DNA of 64,000 nt, from the IMG/VR virus record IMGVR_UViG_3300007513_001104; one strand, 5' to 3'. This DNA is from a virus. The position numbers were made by a program, and so were the translations under genes. The notes beneath the pieces were generated by a model that was not told the DNA's origin, made no database searches, and was given only the letters and a program-made list of their open reading frames with translations. The number at the start of each line of letters is the position of its first letter. Positions within the stretch are counted from its first letter, which is position 1. This document shows positions 19,284-28,879 of the stretch, in pieces.

Positions 19284-19505
19284 TTAATATGTTCCGCCAT
19301 CTATTGTTCCGGATACATTTCCGCCTGGAATGTTTCCAGAAATATTAGCAGCCGAAGCGAGCATCATCTCGGTTCCGCCTGCTGTGCTTCCATCGTGGAC
19401 CCTAATAGCATTGTTAGTAGTATTAATGGAAATTTCACCTGCCGCACCTGTGAACGCATTGTTCTGAGCTGCTGTTCCTCTCCTAAATTGTACTGTAACT
19501 GCCAT
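19284..19505 (-). CDS. stand-alone Mtd_N-like fibre-anchor protein (73 aa)
   Basis: Paralog of the 17042-19270 N-terminus (VQFRRGT..N.AFTGA.GEIS..VHDGSTAGG); ends IDGGTY. Confidence 0.75.
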   Translation of the reverse strand: MAVTVQFRRGTAAQNNAFTGAAGEISINTTNNAIRVHDGSTAGGTEMMLASAANISGNIPGGNVSGTIDGGTY

Positions 19506-19527
19506 TTGTTTTCCTCTAAATTATTGG

Positions 19528-19863
19528 TTATGAAAAAGCGCCTAAGTCTTCAGTAGCGACCCTCATTTTAATAGTAGGATTAACTGAAGTGTAATCTCCT
19601 TTCAGATCATAGATTTTATCTATTAACTGTCCAAAGGCATCTTCACTCAATGCGTTTGCAACACTACCATAATCTCCTGTTGGGAAGATTAAGGATTGGT
19701 CTGCTTCAGTATAATTAGAAACGTTAATAATGGAATCGTTTGAATCCCTAACGTAGATCTTTTTATCTGCGGTATTTAATGCAACTTCTCCGACTGCGAG
19801 ATCTGAGGTTGTTGGTGCATCACTTGCCGTTTCAGATTTTTTAATCTTAATTACTACTGCCAT
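19528..19863 (-). CDS. small virion/fibre-associated protein
   Basis: N-term IKIKKS....P..SDL..GE.ALN.AD.K.Y, a common fibre N-terminal module. Confidence 0.65.
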   Translation of the reverse strand: MAVVIKIKKSETASDAPTTSDLAVGEVALNTADKKIYVRDSNDSIINVSNYTEADQSLIFPTGDYGSVANALSEDAFGQLIDKIYDLKGDYTSVNPTIKMRVATEDLGAFS

Positions 19864-19867
19864 GTTT

Positions 19868-20179
19868 TTACTCCTCTATAAATTGTCCAGATGCGTCTCT
19901 TTTCTTCTTTGAACCTGGCCTAGCATTCATTTTCGGTTCAGGGGCAGGTGTAGGTGCTGCTTTTTCTTTGGGTGCTTCTTGAGCTTTTCCAAAGCCTCCG
20001 CCGTCTTGCACCTGCGTTTCCTGTTCTTTCTGTGCTCTTGCCACGTTATTCGTTTCCAAAAGACTTAATCTAGTTTTTAATAAAATGTTTTCCGCTTGTA
20101 ACTCGTTGACTTTCGCCGCTAAGTTTTTAATATATTCATTAATCAGTTCACTTTGATCATTTTGTTGTGTCATTGTCAT
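19868..20179 (-). CDS. coiled-coil hypothetical protein
   Basis: Heptad segment YIKNLAAKVNELQAENILLKTRL followed by a disordered tail. Confidence 0.65.
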   Translation of the reverse strand: MTMTQQNDQSELINEYIKNLAAKVNELQAENILLKTRLSLLETNNVARAQKEQETQVQDGGGFGKAQEAPKEKAAPTPAPEPKMNARPGSKKKRDASGQFIEE

Positions 20180-20194
20180 TCCCTATAATTAAAA

Positions 20195-21505
20195 TTAGTA
20201 TGAACCACCATCTAATGTGTTAGTCCATGCTGGTGTCCCACTATTAGAATACATGATATATCCATTGGCTCCAGCTGCAGTTGCTTGTATAGCTCCTGCT
20301 CCGTTACCATATAGTACACCATTGCTTGTAAAAGTGCTTACGCCCGTTCCACCATCTGCTACTACTAGATCAGTAATACCTGTGATTGTTCCACCTGTAA
20401 TTGTAGCGCTAGATGATTCTAGAGCTGCAACAAGTGTTCCAACCGCGTATCCTGTTCCACCAGTATTTACAGTTGTTGTAGGAGCGGCTTGTAAATCTTT
20501 AAAGAGTTTCCACTTACCTGAATCGGAAGCGTCTCTAAAAAGACCACCGTATAAGTCTTGTGAACCTGAAGTATCAAATAAGCCGTATAAACCAATATCA
20601 ACAGCGTCAGAGCTGTTATTACCGGAAGCTAATATGATCAATGGATCTGCAACACTTAAAGTTGTGGAATCAACTGTTGTAGTTGTTCCTGATACTGTTA
20701 AATTACCACCAATTGTTACATTGCTAGGTAATCCAATAGTTATTTTATTGTTTGAAACTGTTGTTTCAACTTCATTGGTTGTTCCTTCGAAAGTTAATGT
20801 GTCAGTTCCTACAGTTACAGTATCATTCGATCCTGAATCTGCTGCAATAGTCAGTGTTGAACTTGTTGCTGCTGTAGTGGCCGCTGTTATACGTCCTTGA
20901 GCATCAATAGTTATAACTGGAATTGCTGAACTTGAACCATAAGCTCCTGCTGTAACTGCTGTGTTATCTAGTGTAGCTGTAACTGTTGTTCCAGAAGCAC
21001 TTGTAGAAATACCTGTGCCACCAGCAATAGTTAAAGTTTCAGAATCTAGATCAACATCAATAGTACCGGAGTCAGACGTTACGTCCATATCCTGTGCTGT
21101 TACTTGGGAGTCAACATAAGCTTTCACGGATTGCTGTGTTGGAATCAACGTAGCACTGTTCGAAGCCATATTGTCTTCGTCAACGAATGCTGTCGCTGTT
21201 ATACTTCCATCACTAAGCGAACCAAAGGTGATAGTGCCACCTGCGAAATTACCACTACCATCTCGTACGACGAGTCTGCTAGCTGTATTCGCTGATGCTG
21301 CGTTATCAATAATGTCGGTGTAGTATTTACCACCAATCTCTTGTATTACTTCTGACCCGCCAGAGTCAATTGAACTAATATAGAGTTTAGCGGAGGCACC
21401 ACTATTCGACCTATCCTCAGCGTACGCCAATTCAGCTTCAACCAAATCACCTGTAGCAGGAGCTGCTGAGCCCGTGCTTCTTTTAATTTGAATTGTAGTT
21501 GCCAT
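20195..21505 (-). CDS. fibre-like virion protein
   Basis: N-term IQIKRS...P..L.E.ELAY; [15 protein letters not shown] shaft motif; ends LDGGSY. Confidence 0.75.
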   Translation of the reverse strand: MATTIQIKRSTGSAAPATGDLVEAELAYAEDRSNSGASAKLYISSIDSGGSEVIQEIGGKYYTDIIDNAASANTASRLVVRDGSGNFAGGTITFGSLSDGSITATAFVDEDNMASNSATLIPTQQSVKAYVDSQVTAQDMDVTSDSGTIDVDLDSETLTIAGGTGISTSASGTTVTATLDNTAVTAGAYGSSSAIPVITIDAQGRITAATTAATSSTLTIAADSGSNDTVTVGTDTLTFEGTTNEVETTVSNNKITIGLPSNVTIGGNLTVSGTTTTVDSTTLSVADPLIILASGNNSSDAVDIGLYGLFDTSGSQDLYGGLFRDASDSGKWKLFKDLQAAPTTTVNTGGTGYAVGTLVAALESSSATITGGTITGITDLVVADGGTGVSTFTSNGVLYGNGAGAIQATAAGANGYIMYSNSGTPAWTNTLDGGSY

Positions 21506-21547
21506 TTAAATTTCTCCTAGTTAAATGTTTTGTTTTTAAATTTCATG

Positions 21548-21790
21548 TTAAAATGTTCCACCATCGATAGTAGTAGGTGGCGCTGCATATAATGTTTGCG
21601 CTACCCATTTATTTACTGTCGTGTCATAAACTAATGTGTAACCATCTTGTACACCAGATGTATCTACACTTGATAGATCATCTAATGAAGTCCCCACTTT
21701 AGCAGAAGTTGTTTGTGTTGTAACAACACGCGTTGCTCCTAAACCTACGTTTACTTTCAGTCCGGACTGCGGTGTAACTGTTACTGCCAT
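21548..21790 (-). CDS. small virion protein
   Basis: L.DL..VD....DG..LVYD....KW module; ends IDGGTF. Confidence 0.7.
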   Translation of the reverse strand: MAVTVTPQSGLKVNVGLGATRVVTTQTTSAKVGTSLDDLSSVDTSGVQDGYTLVYDTTVNKWVAQTLYAAPPTTIDGGTF

Positions 21791-21799
21791 TTTATCCTC

Positions 21800-22138
21800 C
21801 TATGCTGCCTTTGTTACCTGTGGGGTTACTGTTACGAGGCCTTCTAATACTCTAAGAGTTTCCACAGGATCTGTTCCTGTGATCTCTACATCATAAACAT
21901 ACCGGCCTGCTTTGATTGCCGTTGTTTGTGCTGCTGTCAATGAGATTGTTACTTCCCCTGTAGCGTCTACTTTTGCCGTGGTAAAGTCTGTTTTTGTCGT
22001 CCCCTCGTATGATTTTCTCATTTGTGATGCTATTGTATAATTCGCTAAATTCTTTGCTGAATTATCATCATTCGTGAGATTAATCGTCAGACTAAACGTC
22101 GTACCTTGGTCAATAGTTATATTTTGTACAGTGGCCAT
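21800..22138 (-). CDS. beta-sandwich virion adaptor protein (BppU/LtfC-like)
   Basis: NI.IDQG.TF, SQMRKSY, I.LTA.QT..I.AGRYVYDVEI, RV.EG..TVTP.VT. Confidence 0.7.
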   Translation of the reverse strand: MATVQNITIDQGTTFSLTINLTNDDNSAKNLANYTIASQMRKSYEGTTKTDFTTAKVDATGEVTISLTAAQTTAIKAGRYVYDVEITGTDPVETLRVLEGLVTVTPQVTKAA

Positions 22139-22170
22139 CTCGCAATCTCTAAAAAAATGTTATTTAATCT

Positions 22171-22182
22171 TATTTATAAATA
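22171..22182. promoter_or_regulatory. palindromic bidirectional late promoter TATTTATAAATA
   Basis: Reads TATAAATA on both strands, between the fibre/neck operon (-) and the glycosyltransferase operon (+). Confidence 0.8.
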
Positions 22183-22205
22183 ATAGTGACTCTAATGAGA
22201 ATATT

Positions 22206-22871
22206 ATGAAAACTATTTTGACATTAAAATATGGCGACAAATATACTGCAAATGCCGTCAATTCAATATATGAACATACTGAAGGAAAGTATAATTATGT
22301 ATGCGTAACCGATGATCCAAAGGACTTGGACCCTAATATACAAGTTATTTATATGGACGACGAACCCGATCCAGGGTGTATGGAAAAATTAAACTTATTT
22401 AAACATAATAACCTTGGAACCATACTGTATTTAGACTTAGACGTTAGAATTCAGAAGCCAATTGACCATTTGTTTGATTATTATCAAGGAAATCCCTTAA
22501 TAATATGGACCTGGTGGAAAGATAAAGGATATAAACAAATGAATATCCATGATTTTCCATACAGATCTGACTTTCCACTAAGTAATTTCAACTCAAGCGT
22601 AATGCTTTGGGAAGATCTTACACATATTTACGAATATTATAATGAGAAAAAAGATGAATATATAGTAAAGTATCCTAATGGAGATGATACGTTTTTATAT
22701 CATGAAGGGTTTACATTTGAACACTTACCAAAGCATGAAGTGTATTCATATCTATTTGCAGGAAGAAAATATAGACCTGAATACTCAATATGTATATTAA
22801 ATGGGCTAACACACTGGCCGGAGATTGAAAAAGAATATGATGAACTTTGTTTGCATCAAGTGGGGCACTAA
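22206..22871 (+). CDS. GT-A fold glycosyltransferase (paralog 1)
   Basis: LKYG.KY...VN, CVTDD, YLDLD (DxD), FNSSVM.W, GDD. Start moved to ATG 22206. Confidence 0.75.
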   Translation: MKTILTLKYGDKYTANAVNSIYEHTEGKYNYVCVTDDPKDLDPNIQVIYMDDEPDPGCMEKLNLFKHNNLGTILYLDLDVRIQKPIDHLFDYYQGNPLIIWTWWKDKGYKQMNIHDFPYRSDFPLSNFNSSVMLWEDLTHIYEYYNEKKDEYIVKYPNGDDTFLYHEGFTFEHLPKHEVYSYLFAGRKYRPEYSICILNGLTHWPEIEKEYDELCLHQVGH

Positions 22872-23604
22872 ATACTCACCTAAATATGTAAATAACCTGT
22901 ACCATATGGTGCAGAAAAACTACCATAAAGATTTTACCTTTACATGTTTTACTGATGAGCCTAAAGGTTTGGACTGTTCCACGGAAAAAATACCTGATAT
23001 AGAACCACTACATCCTAAGTATTGGTTTGGAAAAGAGAATTATTGTTGGGACAGATCTAAGTTTCTTGTATTTAACTCTCACGAATGGCTTGGATATGTA
23101 GGGAAATGGACCTACTTTGACCTTGACGTAATAATACAAAACGACATAACCGACTTAGACGAACTAGCCTTAAAACCTAGAATTGTACATAGCACTTGGC
23201 AAGACCCTAGACATAAACACGATAGAAAATTTATAGAAGTTCGTGGTACATACTTCAATTCAAGTATGATGTGTTGGAACATGGATCAATGTCAACATAT
23301 ATTCATGGACGCAATACAAGAAGAACAACAAATTTTTAGAACGTTCTTTAAAGGGACAGATAACTATCACTATTGGAGACAAAGAGACTTCTGGACTAAC
23401 ATACCTTATGAGTGGACATACTCATATAACAGAGGAATGCGCTATCCAGACGATTTAGAACGACATAAATATAGAGAAGATTGTAAACTTTGTATCTTTA
23501 ATACGGATTTAACTCCGCATCCGATAGCAAAGGGACAGATTAAAATTGATGAATTACAAGATGAGAAACTTTTGAGACTTTGGAATGGTAACACTAATAG
23601 CTAA
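22837..23604 (+). CDS. GT-A fold glycosyltransferase (paralog 2)
   Basis: CIKWG.KY...YVN.L, CFTD, YFDLD, FNSSMM.W, GTDNY. Confidence 0.78.
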   Translation: MMNFVCIKWGTKYSPKYVNNLYHMVQKNYHKDFTFTCFTDEPKGLDCSTEKIPDIEPLHPKYWFGKENYCWDRSKFLVFNSHEWLGYVGKWTYFDLDVIIQNDITDLDELALKPRIVHSTWQDPRHKHDRKFIEVRGTYFNSSMMCWNMDQCQHIFMDAIQEEQQIFRTFFKGTDNYHYWRQRDFWTNIPYEWTYSYNRGMRYPDDLERHKYREDCKLCIFNTDLTPHPIAKGQIKIDELQDEKLLRLWNGNTNS

Positions 23605-25123
23605 TCAGCTAGACAGCAATTATAGCCAACGGCAAATTAATGCCTTTTATACTCAGGCGAAAAAACTGATTGAAGATCCTTTTGACTTCGTTGTATTCAC
23701 TAATGAAGATGAAATGAAGTTATTAGAAACTACAAAAAAGGTAGAAGGTTATATACAAGGTATAACTTTCCATGTTCCTAAATACGGAAAAGACTGGTTA
23801 GAGATAGATATAATGCAACATACAGAACCAGGCGATGTGTCTTTATTTGTAACTCCTAATGTCATACTTAATAATCCTACAGAATTTTTTAACTATAAGT
23901 GCAAAGGTATAGATAAATTAATATTAGAAGACGGAAATTTTTGTTATGTATGTAATCGTAATGAGAGTGCAGAGAATATATTAACACTATGGGATGAACA
24001 TGAAGATGATATGACCTTTAAACATCATTCTTTTGGTGAGGCCTTTTATAGTAATGAAGTTCCTGAGTTCTCTTTTATACAAAACACAAACCATAACTAT
24101 CCAGAAAAGACTGATGGAGATATAGTGGTGTTACCTTATTGGTATGAAGACTTTACAAAAGAGCAATTAGAATTAAGTTATAATAGAGAAACAGATCTTT
24201 ATCCTTATTTGCCAGAAAGAGTTGAAATGGAATTGTCTAATGGTAAAGATCACTTAACAAGAAAACTAATAGAAAATAATTTTGACTTTGACTTTATAAC
24301 AAGATCTAAATTTAAAAGGATTACTCTTGTAGGTGAACCCATTACATGTCCAGAAATAATTGAGATATGTCAATACTTAATGGCTGACTGGGGCATAGCA
24401 ATTGATATGGAAACAGAGGCAAAAGAACATGATCTTATATGGTGGAATAATTTAGGAGTATTGTTTTATAATAATTTTGTTTCAGAGTGGAATGAAAAAT
24501 ATAATGAAAGCGCTAAAAATATTGGTAATATAACTATCCACATAAACACATCTAATCCAGACGAAGAAGTTATGAAAAGAGCTGATGCATTAATAGAACA
24601 AGGTTGTAGAGTCTTTTGGCACTATACTCAAACACATTTATCACAAGTAGAAGATTTAGCAAAAGCTAAAAAACTATCTAAGAAACATAAATTTACTGGC
24701 TTCGTATATAAAAATGAAATGAAAGAAGAAGTCAAACCAATAAAGAAAAAGATTAAAAAGGAAATGCCTGATTATAGTCTTATAGATTTTCACACTCTAA
24801 AAACCGTACAACAAGACGACATATATAAAGAAAGGAAGATAGTTTTTAGTCCTCATGTTGAATGCGAAGGTAAACTTAAAAATCAATTTTACTTAAACGC
24901 TGAAGGAAATGTTTTTCCGTGCAAACATGTAGCATCAAATGTTACAACAGCACACAAATCTCCCGAACATAAAACAGAACTATTATATGATTGGGACAAG
25001 AATAATATTAGTAATAATAATTTGGAGACTATATTTACTAATGATTTTTATAAAGGGTACTTTAATAATTTATTAAAATTGAACCCGCAAGTAATACATA
25101 ATGAACAGGAAGGAATATGTTAA
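23585..25123 (+). CDS. degenerate GT + degenerate radical-SAM/SPASM-like fusion
   Basis: N-term aligns with the GT paralogs but lacks DxD. C-term has GEP, WW..LG and C...FYLNAEGNVFPC, but no CxxxCxxC. Confidence 0.55.
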   Translation: MVTLIANQLDSNYSQRQINAFYTQAKKLIEDPFDFVVFTNEDEMKLLETTKKVEGYIQGITFHVPKYGKDWLEIDIMQHTEPGDVSLFVTPNVILNNPTEFFNYKCKGIDKLILEDGNFCYVCNRNESAENILTLWDEHEDDMTFKHHSFGEAFYSNEVPEFSFIQNTNHNYPEKTDGDIVVLPYWYEDFTKEQLELSYNRETDLYPYLPERVEMELSNGKDHLTRKLIENNFDFDFITRSKFKRITLVGEPITCPEIIEICQYLMADWGIAIDMETEAKEHDLIWWNNLGVLFYNNFVSEWNEKYNESAKNIGNITIHINTSNPDEEVMKRADALIEQGCRVFWHYTQTHLSQVEDLAKAKKLSKKHKFTGFVYKNEMKEEVKPIKKKIKKEMPDYSLIDFHTLKTVQQDDIYKERKIVFSPHVECEGKLKNQFYLNAEGNVFPCKHVASNVTTAHKSPEHKTELLYDWDKNNISNNNLETIFTNDFYKGYFNNLLKLNPQVIHNEQEGIC

Positions 25124-25338
25124 AAGTAAAAAATGGAATTATAATAGAAGGAAATTTTGATAAACAGGAAGGTAAATTGCCTAAGTTAGTAAGAGAGGCA
25201 AGTTTTTCTACTATCATAGTTCATTCAAATTTAAATGAGTTCGAAGAAAAATGTAAAGCTATTGTTGATCTACTCGCAGGAGAAGGAATACAATACGCTA
25301 AAAAATATGTTATAGCAAGGGCAGCTTATGAGAGTTAA
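25117..25338 (+). CDS. hypothetical protein (73 aa)
   Basis: AGGA RBS; overlaps both neighbours in the operon. Confidence 0.65.
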   Translation: MLKVKNGIIIEGNFDKQEGKLPKLVREASFSTIIVHSNLNEFEEKCKAIVDLLAGEGIQYAKKYVIARAAYES

Positions 25339-26140
25339 TATTGTATGTTCAAAATGGGGTAGCAAATATGGTCCTCATTTTGTAAATCGATTAAAAAATA
25401 TGGCAAGGAGACATACAGATCCTAAACACGACTTCCACTTCTACTGTTATACAGATGATGCTGAAGGTTTTGATGATGATATAAAAGTAATTCCTTTTCC
25501 GGATATACCTAATATACATCCTAAGTATTGGTTTGAAAAAGACGACTTTAAATATGGCATGGCAAGATGTTGGGATAGACCTAAAACAATGGTATTCAAT
25601 ACACATAATTTTGCTGAGGATAAACCAACAGGCAGATTTGTATTCTTTGATTTAGATGTTATCATACAAAATGATATAGAACCTTTACTCACTTGGAATT
25701 TTGAACGCCCAACCAAGTTGAGATCATGGTGGCAAGACCCTAGGCCAATGAAAACAAGACGATTTAAATTATCACATGGTGCATATACGAATGGCAGTTG
25801 TCAAATATGGAGCGACGATCAAGCAGAATGTATATGGCAAGATGTATTAGAACATCAGGATAAAATTTGGTTTACATTTACAGACGGAACAGACAATTAT
25901 CACAGTTGGAGATGGGGTAATTGGGGCAAAAAATTATGGGATCATTTTCCAGCAGAGTATGCTTACTCGTATAACCGAGGACGCAGTTGGGACGATGATG
26001 ATTTAGAAACAAAAATCTACAGGGAAACACCTATCCTCTGTGTATTTAATGTAGACCTACTACCACAACCTACACCTGAAAGAGGAAAAGTTAAACAGAA
26101 TGAGTTAGTTGATCCAAACTTATTAAAGCATTGGCAATAA
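25328..26140 (+). CDS. GT-A fold glycosyltransferase (paralog 3)
   Basis: CSKWG.KY...VNRL..M, CYTDD, FFDLD, NGS, GTDNY; closest to paralog 2. Confidence 0.78.
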   Translation: MRVNIVCSKWGSKYGPHFVNRLKNMARRHTDPKHDFHFYCYTDDAEGFDDDIKVIPFPDIPNIHPKYWFEKDDFKYGMARCWDRPKTMVFNTHNFAEDKPTGRFVFFDLDVIIQNDIEPLLTWNFERPTKLRSWWQDPRPMKTRRFKLSHGAYTNGSCQIWSDDQAECIWQDVLEHQDKIWFTFTDGTDNYHSWRWGNWGKKLWDHFPAEYAYSYNRGRSWDDDDLETKIYRETPILCVFNVDLLPQPTPERGKVKQNELVDPNLLKHWQ

Positions 26141-26144
26141 ATAT

Positions 26145-26834
26145 ATGCACATAGAACATTTAAATATCTATACTGTTAAATGGGGAACGAAATATTCTTC
26201 ACACCACGTCAATAAAATATTGGAATCGTGTAAAGAACATCTAACTTATGATTTTACATTTCATTGTTTAACAGAAAGTCCTAAAGGACTTGAAAAAGAA
26301 GTCAATGTTATACCACTACCAAAAGATAACAAAATGGAAAAGTGGTGGAATAAGATGTACTTGTTTGATGATAATGTTGTCAGGAAGAAAGGAGACAATT
26401 TATTCTTTGATTTGGATATTATTATCCAAAAGAATATAGATGACATTGTAAACTTTGATCCTGAGGATTGTTTATGTTTTGGCCAAACACATTGGCACGA
26501 TTTAGAAACAATGAAGAAAGAAACAGAACATGTTCCACACAGATTTACAGAACTTAATTCTAGTATATTAAGATGGAACGATAACTTAGATAAAGAGAAC
26601 ATAACTCTTTATTTTAAAACACACTTAGATAAGATCTTATGGTACTATCGGGGAATAGATAATTTCTTTAGCCACAAAGGTGTGGCAAGAATTAAATACT
26701 TTCCTATAGGATGGTTTTACAGTTACAATCATGGGTACATATTTCCTCATGATATAGAAAAACAAGTCTACAGACAAATACCATATGTCTGTTTATTTGA
26801 TTCAATGGGAAGAAAAGAAGATGTTAAATTTTAA
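26145..26834 (+). CDS. GT-A fold glycosyltransferase (paralog 4)
   Basis: VKWG.KY...VN, CLTE, WWNK..LF, FFDLD, NSSI..W, GID. Confidence 0.78.
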   Translation: MHIEHLNIYTVKWGTKYSSHHVNKILESCKEHLTYDFTFHCLTESPKGLEKEVNVIPLPKDNKMEKWWNKMYLFDDNVVRKKGDNLFFDLDIIIQKNIDDIVNFDPEDCLCFGQTHWHDLETMKKETEHVPHRFTELNSSILRWNDNLDKENITLYFKTHLDKILWYYRGIDNFFSHKGVARIKYFPIGWFYSYNHGYIFPHDIEKQVYRQIPYVCLFDSMGRKEDVKF

Positions 26835-27489
26835 TTTTTTAAACAGCATGCAATATTGGGGAGAAGGTTTGGCCAAAGTCGAGCATGAAATGAAACACAA
26901 GCACGACGACTTTAGGCAAGCTCTTAATCCAAACACTATGGAGGGAGCCATTTGGTTAGTTGAAGAGCTACAAAAAAGTTTAGATAACTATTTAAAAGAA
27001 GAGCAATTTAATATTCTTGTATTAAATAGCTGGTTAGGGATACCTTTAGTTCCTTTACTATGTGAGAACTTGTCCGTGGGAGAATTACACCTAGTTGACA
27101 TAGATAACGAAGCTTTAGAGCTCTCTAAGGTGTTTAATAAGCATTATATTACAGAAGAATACATCAAAATAAATCACTGGAACTTAGACATTCCATTCGC
27201 TTTTGATGAGTTAAATCAATTGAAGGTAGATATAGTAATTACAATGGGTGCTGAACAGATGTATCCACTAAATGATCTTAGGACAGCAAACAAACATGCA
27301 ATATTTGCTTGCCAATCTTCTAATGTTATAGAAGAGATGTATGGAATTAATTGTGTGGATAGTGAAAAGAAATTGATTGAAAATGTAGGACTAAAAGATA
27401 CGACCTACACGGGTAAAGTCAAACAATTTTATTATGATTGGAATGGAAAGGTTTATTACGATAGGTTTATGGCTATCGGTACTAAATGA
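26821..27489 (+). CDS. class I SAM-methyltransferase-fold protein (degenerate motif I)
   Basis: W..E.L, ILVLNSWLG (Gly-poor motif I), LVDID, DIVI, GINCV, RFMAIG. Confidence 0.5.
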   Translation: MLNFNFLNSMQYWGEGLAKVEHEMKHKHDDFRQALNPNTMEGAIWLVEELQKSLDNYLKEEQFNILVLNSWLGIPLVPLLCENLSVGELHLVDIDNEALELSKVFNKHYITEEYIKINHWNLDIPFAFDELNQLKVDIVITMGAEQMYPLNDLRTANKHAIFACQSSNVIEEMYGINCVDSEKKLIENVGLKDTTYTGKVKQFYYDWNGKVYYDRFMAIGTK

Positions 27490-27492
27490 AAA

Positions 27493-28140
27493 TTAACCTC
27501 TGGTAGGATTACCTGGAGGTAATTCTCCATCATTCATTTCCTTATACTTATCTAAATAAACTCCTTCCAAAAGTTTGCTATTAGATAGTGAGATAACTAC
27601 TTCCTCTCCTCCTACGATTTGAACAACATTTTGCATTGGAGCCTTAATAGCCCAAAGTGATACAGTTTCCTTTTCTATATACTCTCTTAAAAATTCGTTG
27701 GAGCGCTCTTCAGTGCAAGGCCCAGAGGATGGGGTTTCTTGAAAATAAGCTCCTATTCGATTGGTAGTATCGAAAATGTTTGGTCTCGTCTTGGTAGGTG
27801 CTATTCCTTTGCAAGCCAGTAGTTTTTTAGGACCATAGTTATATATTTTACCGCCCCAATCTTTTCGTCGAATTTTACCCCCTGCCCAAGTCAAAAGATT
27901 TTTTTCTGTTTGGCCAATTTTATAAATCTTATTGTTTTCAAATATAAAGGCATATACAAAACTTTTATGAGTTGTGCCTGAAAAATCTTCAGTATTTATT
28001 TCAGGGAAAAGACTTGCATTTCCAGATCCAACAAAGTCTTCGTTAACACCATCAGGATACATAGCACCATTTTTCCAAATAAAATTTGGCACTACTAATT
28101 CAAATTCTTTTTTTAATATTTCTTTATAAAACTTACTCAT
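27493..28140 (-). CDS. putative GIY-YIG-family nuclease
   Basis: FVYAF...IYKIGQT two-strand motif, later R and LE..Y/PPGN; free-standing. Confidence 0.5.
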   Translation of the reverse strand: MSKFYKEILKKEFELVVPNFIWKNGAMYPDGVNEDFVGSGNASLFPEINTEDFSGTTHKSFVYAFIFENNKIYKIGQTEKNLLTWAGGKIRRKDWGGKIYNYGPKKLLACKGIAPTKTRPNIFDTTNRIGAYFQETPSSGPCTEERSNEFLREYIEKETVSLWAIKAPMQNVVQIVGGEEVVISLSNSKLLEGVYLDKYKEMNDGELPPGNPTRG

Positions 28141-28566
28141 TTAAAAGTCTCCTTCTGCTACTTGCAATGTTTTTAAACCTAATGTTCTCCAGGCTCTGAC
28201 AGTTTGATTCCTGTCATCTAAAACAAACCTAACATCGTAGTTGGGTTCGATGTCTCTCTGATAAATCTCTGTCTTAACTTCTGAATCTTTTCTGTAATCT
28301 CCGTTCGCTCTCATGAACAAAGCATCAAATTCAAAATCGTTATTGGCCATGAACTGTATTGTTCCTTCTCTTGCTTCTTCTGTTCTAGCAGAAACTACAA
28401 TAATATAATGATCATCCTTATATATCTGAGCAAGGTCTCCAATGATTGGATCGTATTCATCTTCAATTACTCTAGTCATATCGTAAGGATCTCTAGGATC
28501 GTCACCTACTCTATGTGCAATTGTTCCGTCTACATCAACAATGATTGCTTTTCTTTTACCTGACAT
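28141..28566 (-). CDS. HAD 3'-phosphatase (PseT phosphatase domain, stand-alone)
   Basis: DVDGT, VSAR, LFMR..GDYRKD..VK, VLDDR.Q.V..WR.LGL..LQVA.GDF; no kinase P-loop. Confidence 0.88.
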   Translation of the reverse strand: MSGKRKAIIVDVDGTIAHRVGDDPRDPYDMTRVIEDEYDPIIGDLAQIYKDDHYIIVVSARTEEAREGTIQFMANNDFEFDALFMRANGDYRKDSEVKTEIYQRDIEPNYDVRFVLDDRNQTVRAWRTLGLKTLQVAEGDF

Positions 28567-28879
28567 GGTACCTACCTTCGTCTTTAATATATTCAAGATT
28601 TAATTTATCTGCCTCAGCATGTGTTATCCAACCTTTGCCTTTGACATTTTTTAAATCCTCTACTGAAACTTTGTATCTATTGCCAAATGTATCTTCACAA
28701 TAAATTACCTTTGTTAAAGGGCCAACAGCATAGTTTGATTCTTTGTAACTAACGTGGCTCACTTCTTTTATTAAAGGGTTTATTGGAGTTTGGAAGAAGT
28801 GGTGATCAAGCATTGGCTTCTTAATCAAACCTTTTAAAAGTTGTGCTATCTCCCTTATTATGTAATCGTTATACTTCAT
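28556..28879 (-). CDS. hypothetical protein
   Basis: ORF with ATGA coupling to the upstream gene. Confidence 0.65.
   Translation of the reverse strand: MKYNDYIIREIAQLLKGLIKKPMLDHHFFQTPINPLIKEVSHVSYKESNYAVGPLTKVIYCEDTFGNRYKVSVEDLKNVKGKGWITHAEADKLNLEYIKDEGRYHVR

Noticed and set aside
19120-19505. Similar 5' ends of two fibre genes as a DGR template/variable repeat
   Set aside because: Differences are not adenine-specific, both copies are intact N-terminal coding regions, and no reverse transcriptase is in the window.
22074-22205. Extended starts in the ORF track (22074, 3265, 3391, 14575, 26785, 61663)
   Set aside because: They overlap promoters or neighbouring genes; downstream ATGs fit RBS, promoter position and homologous N-termini better.
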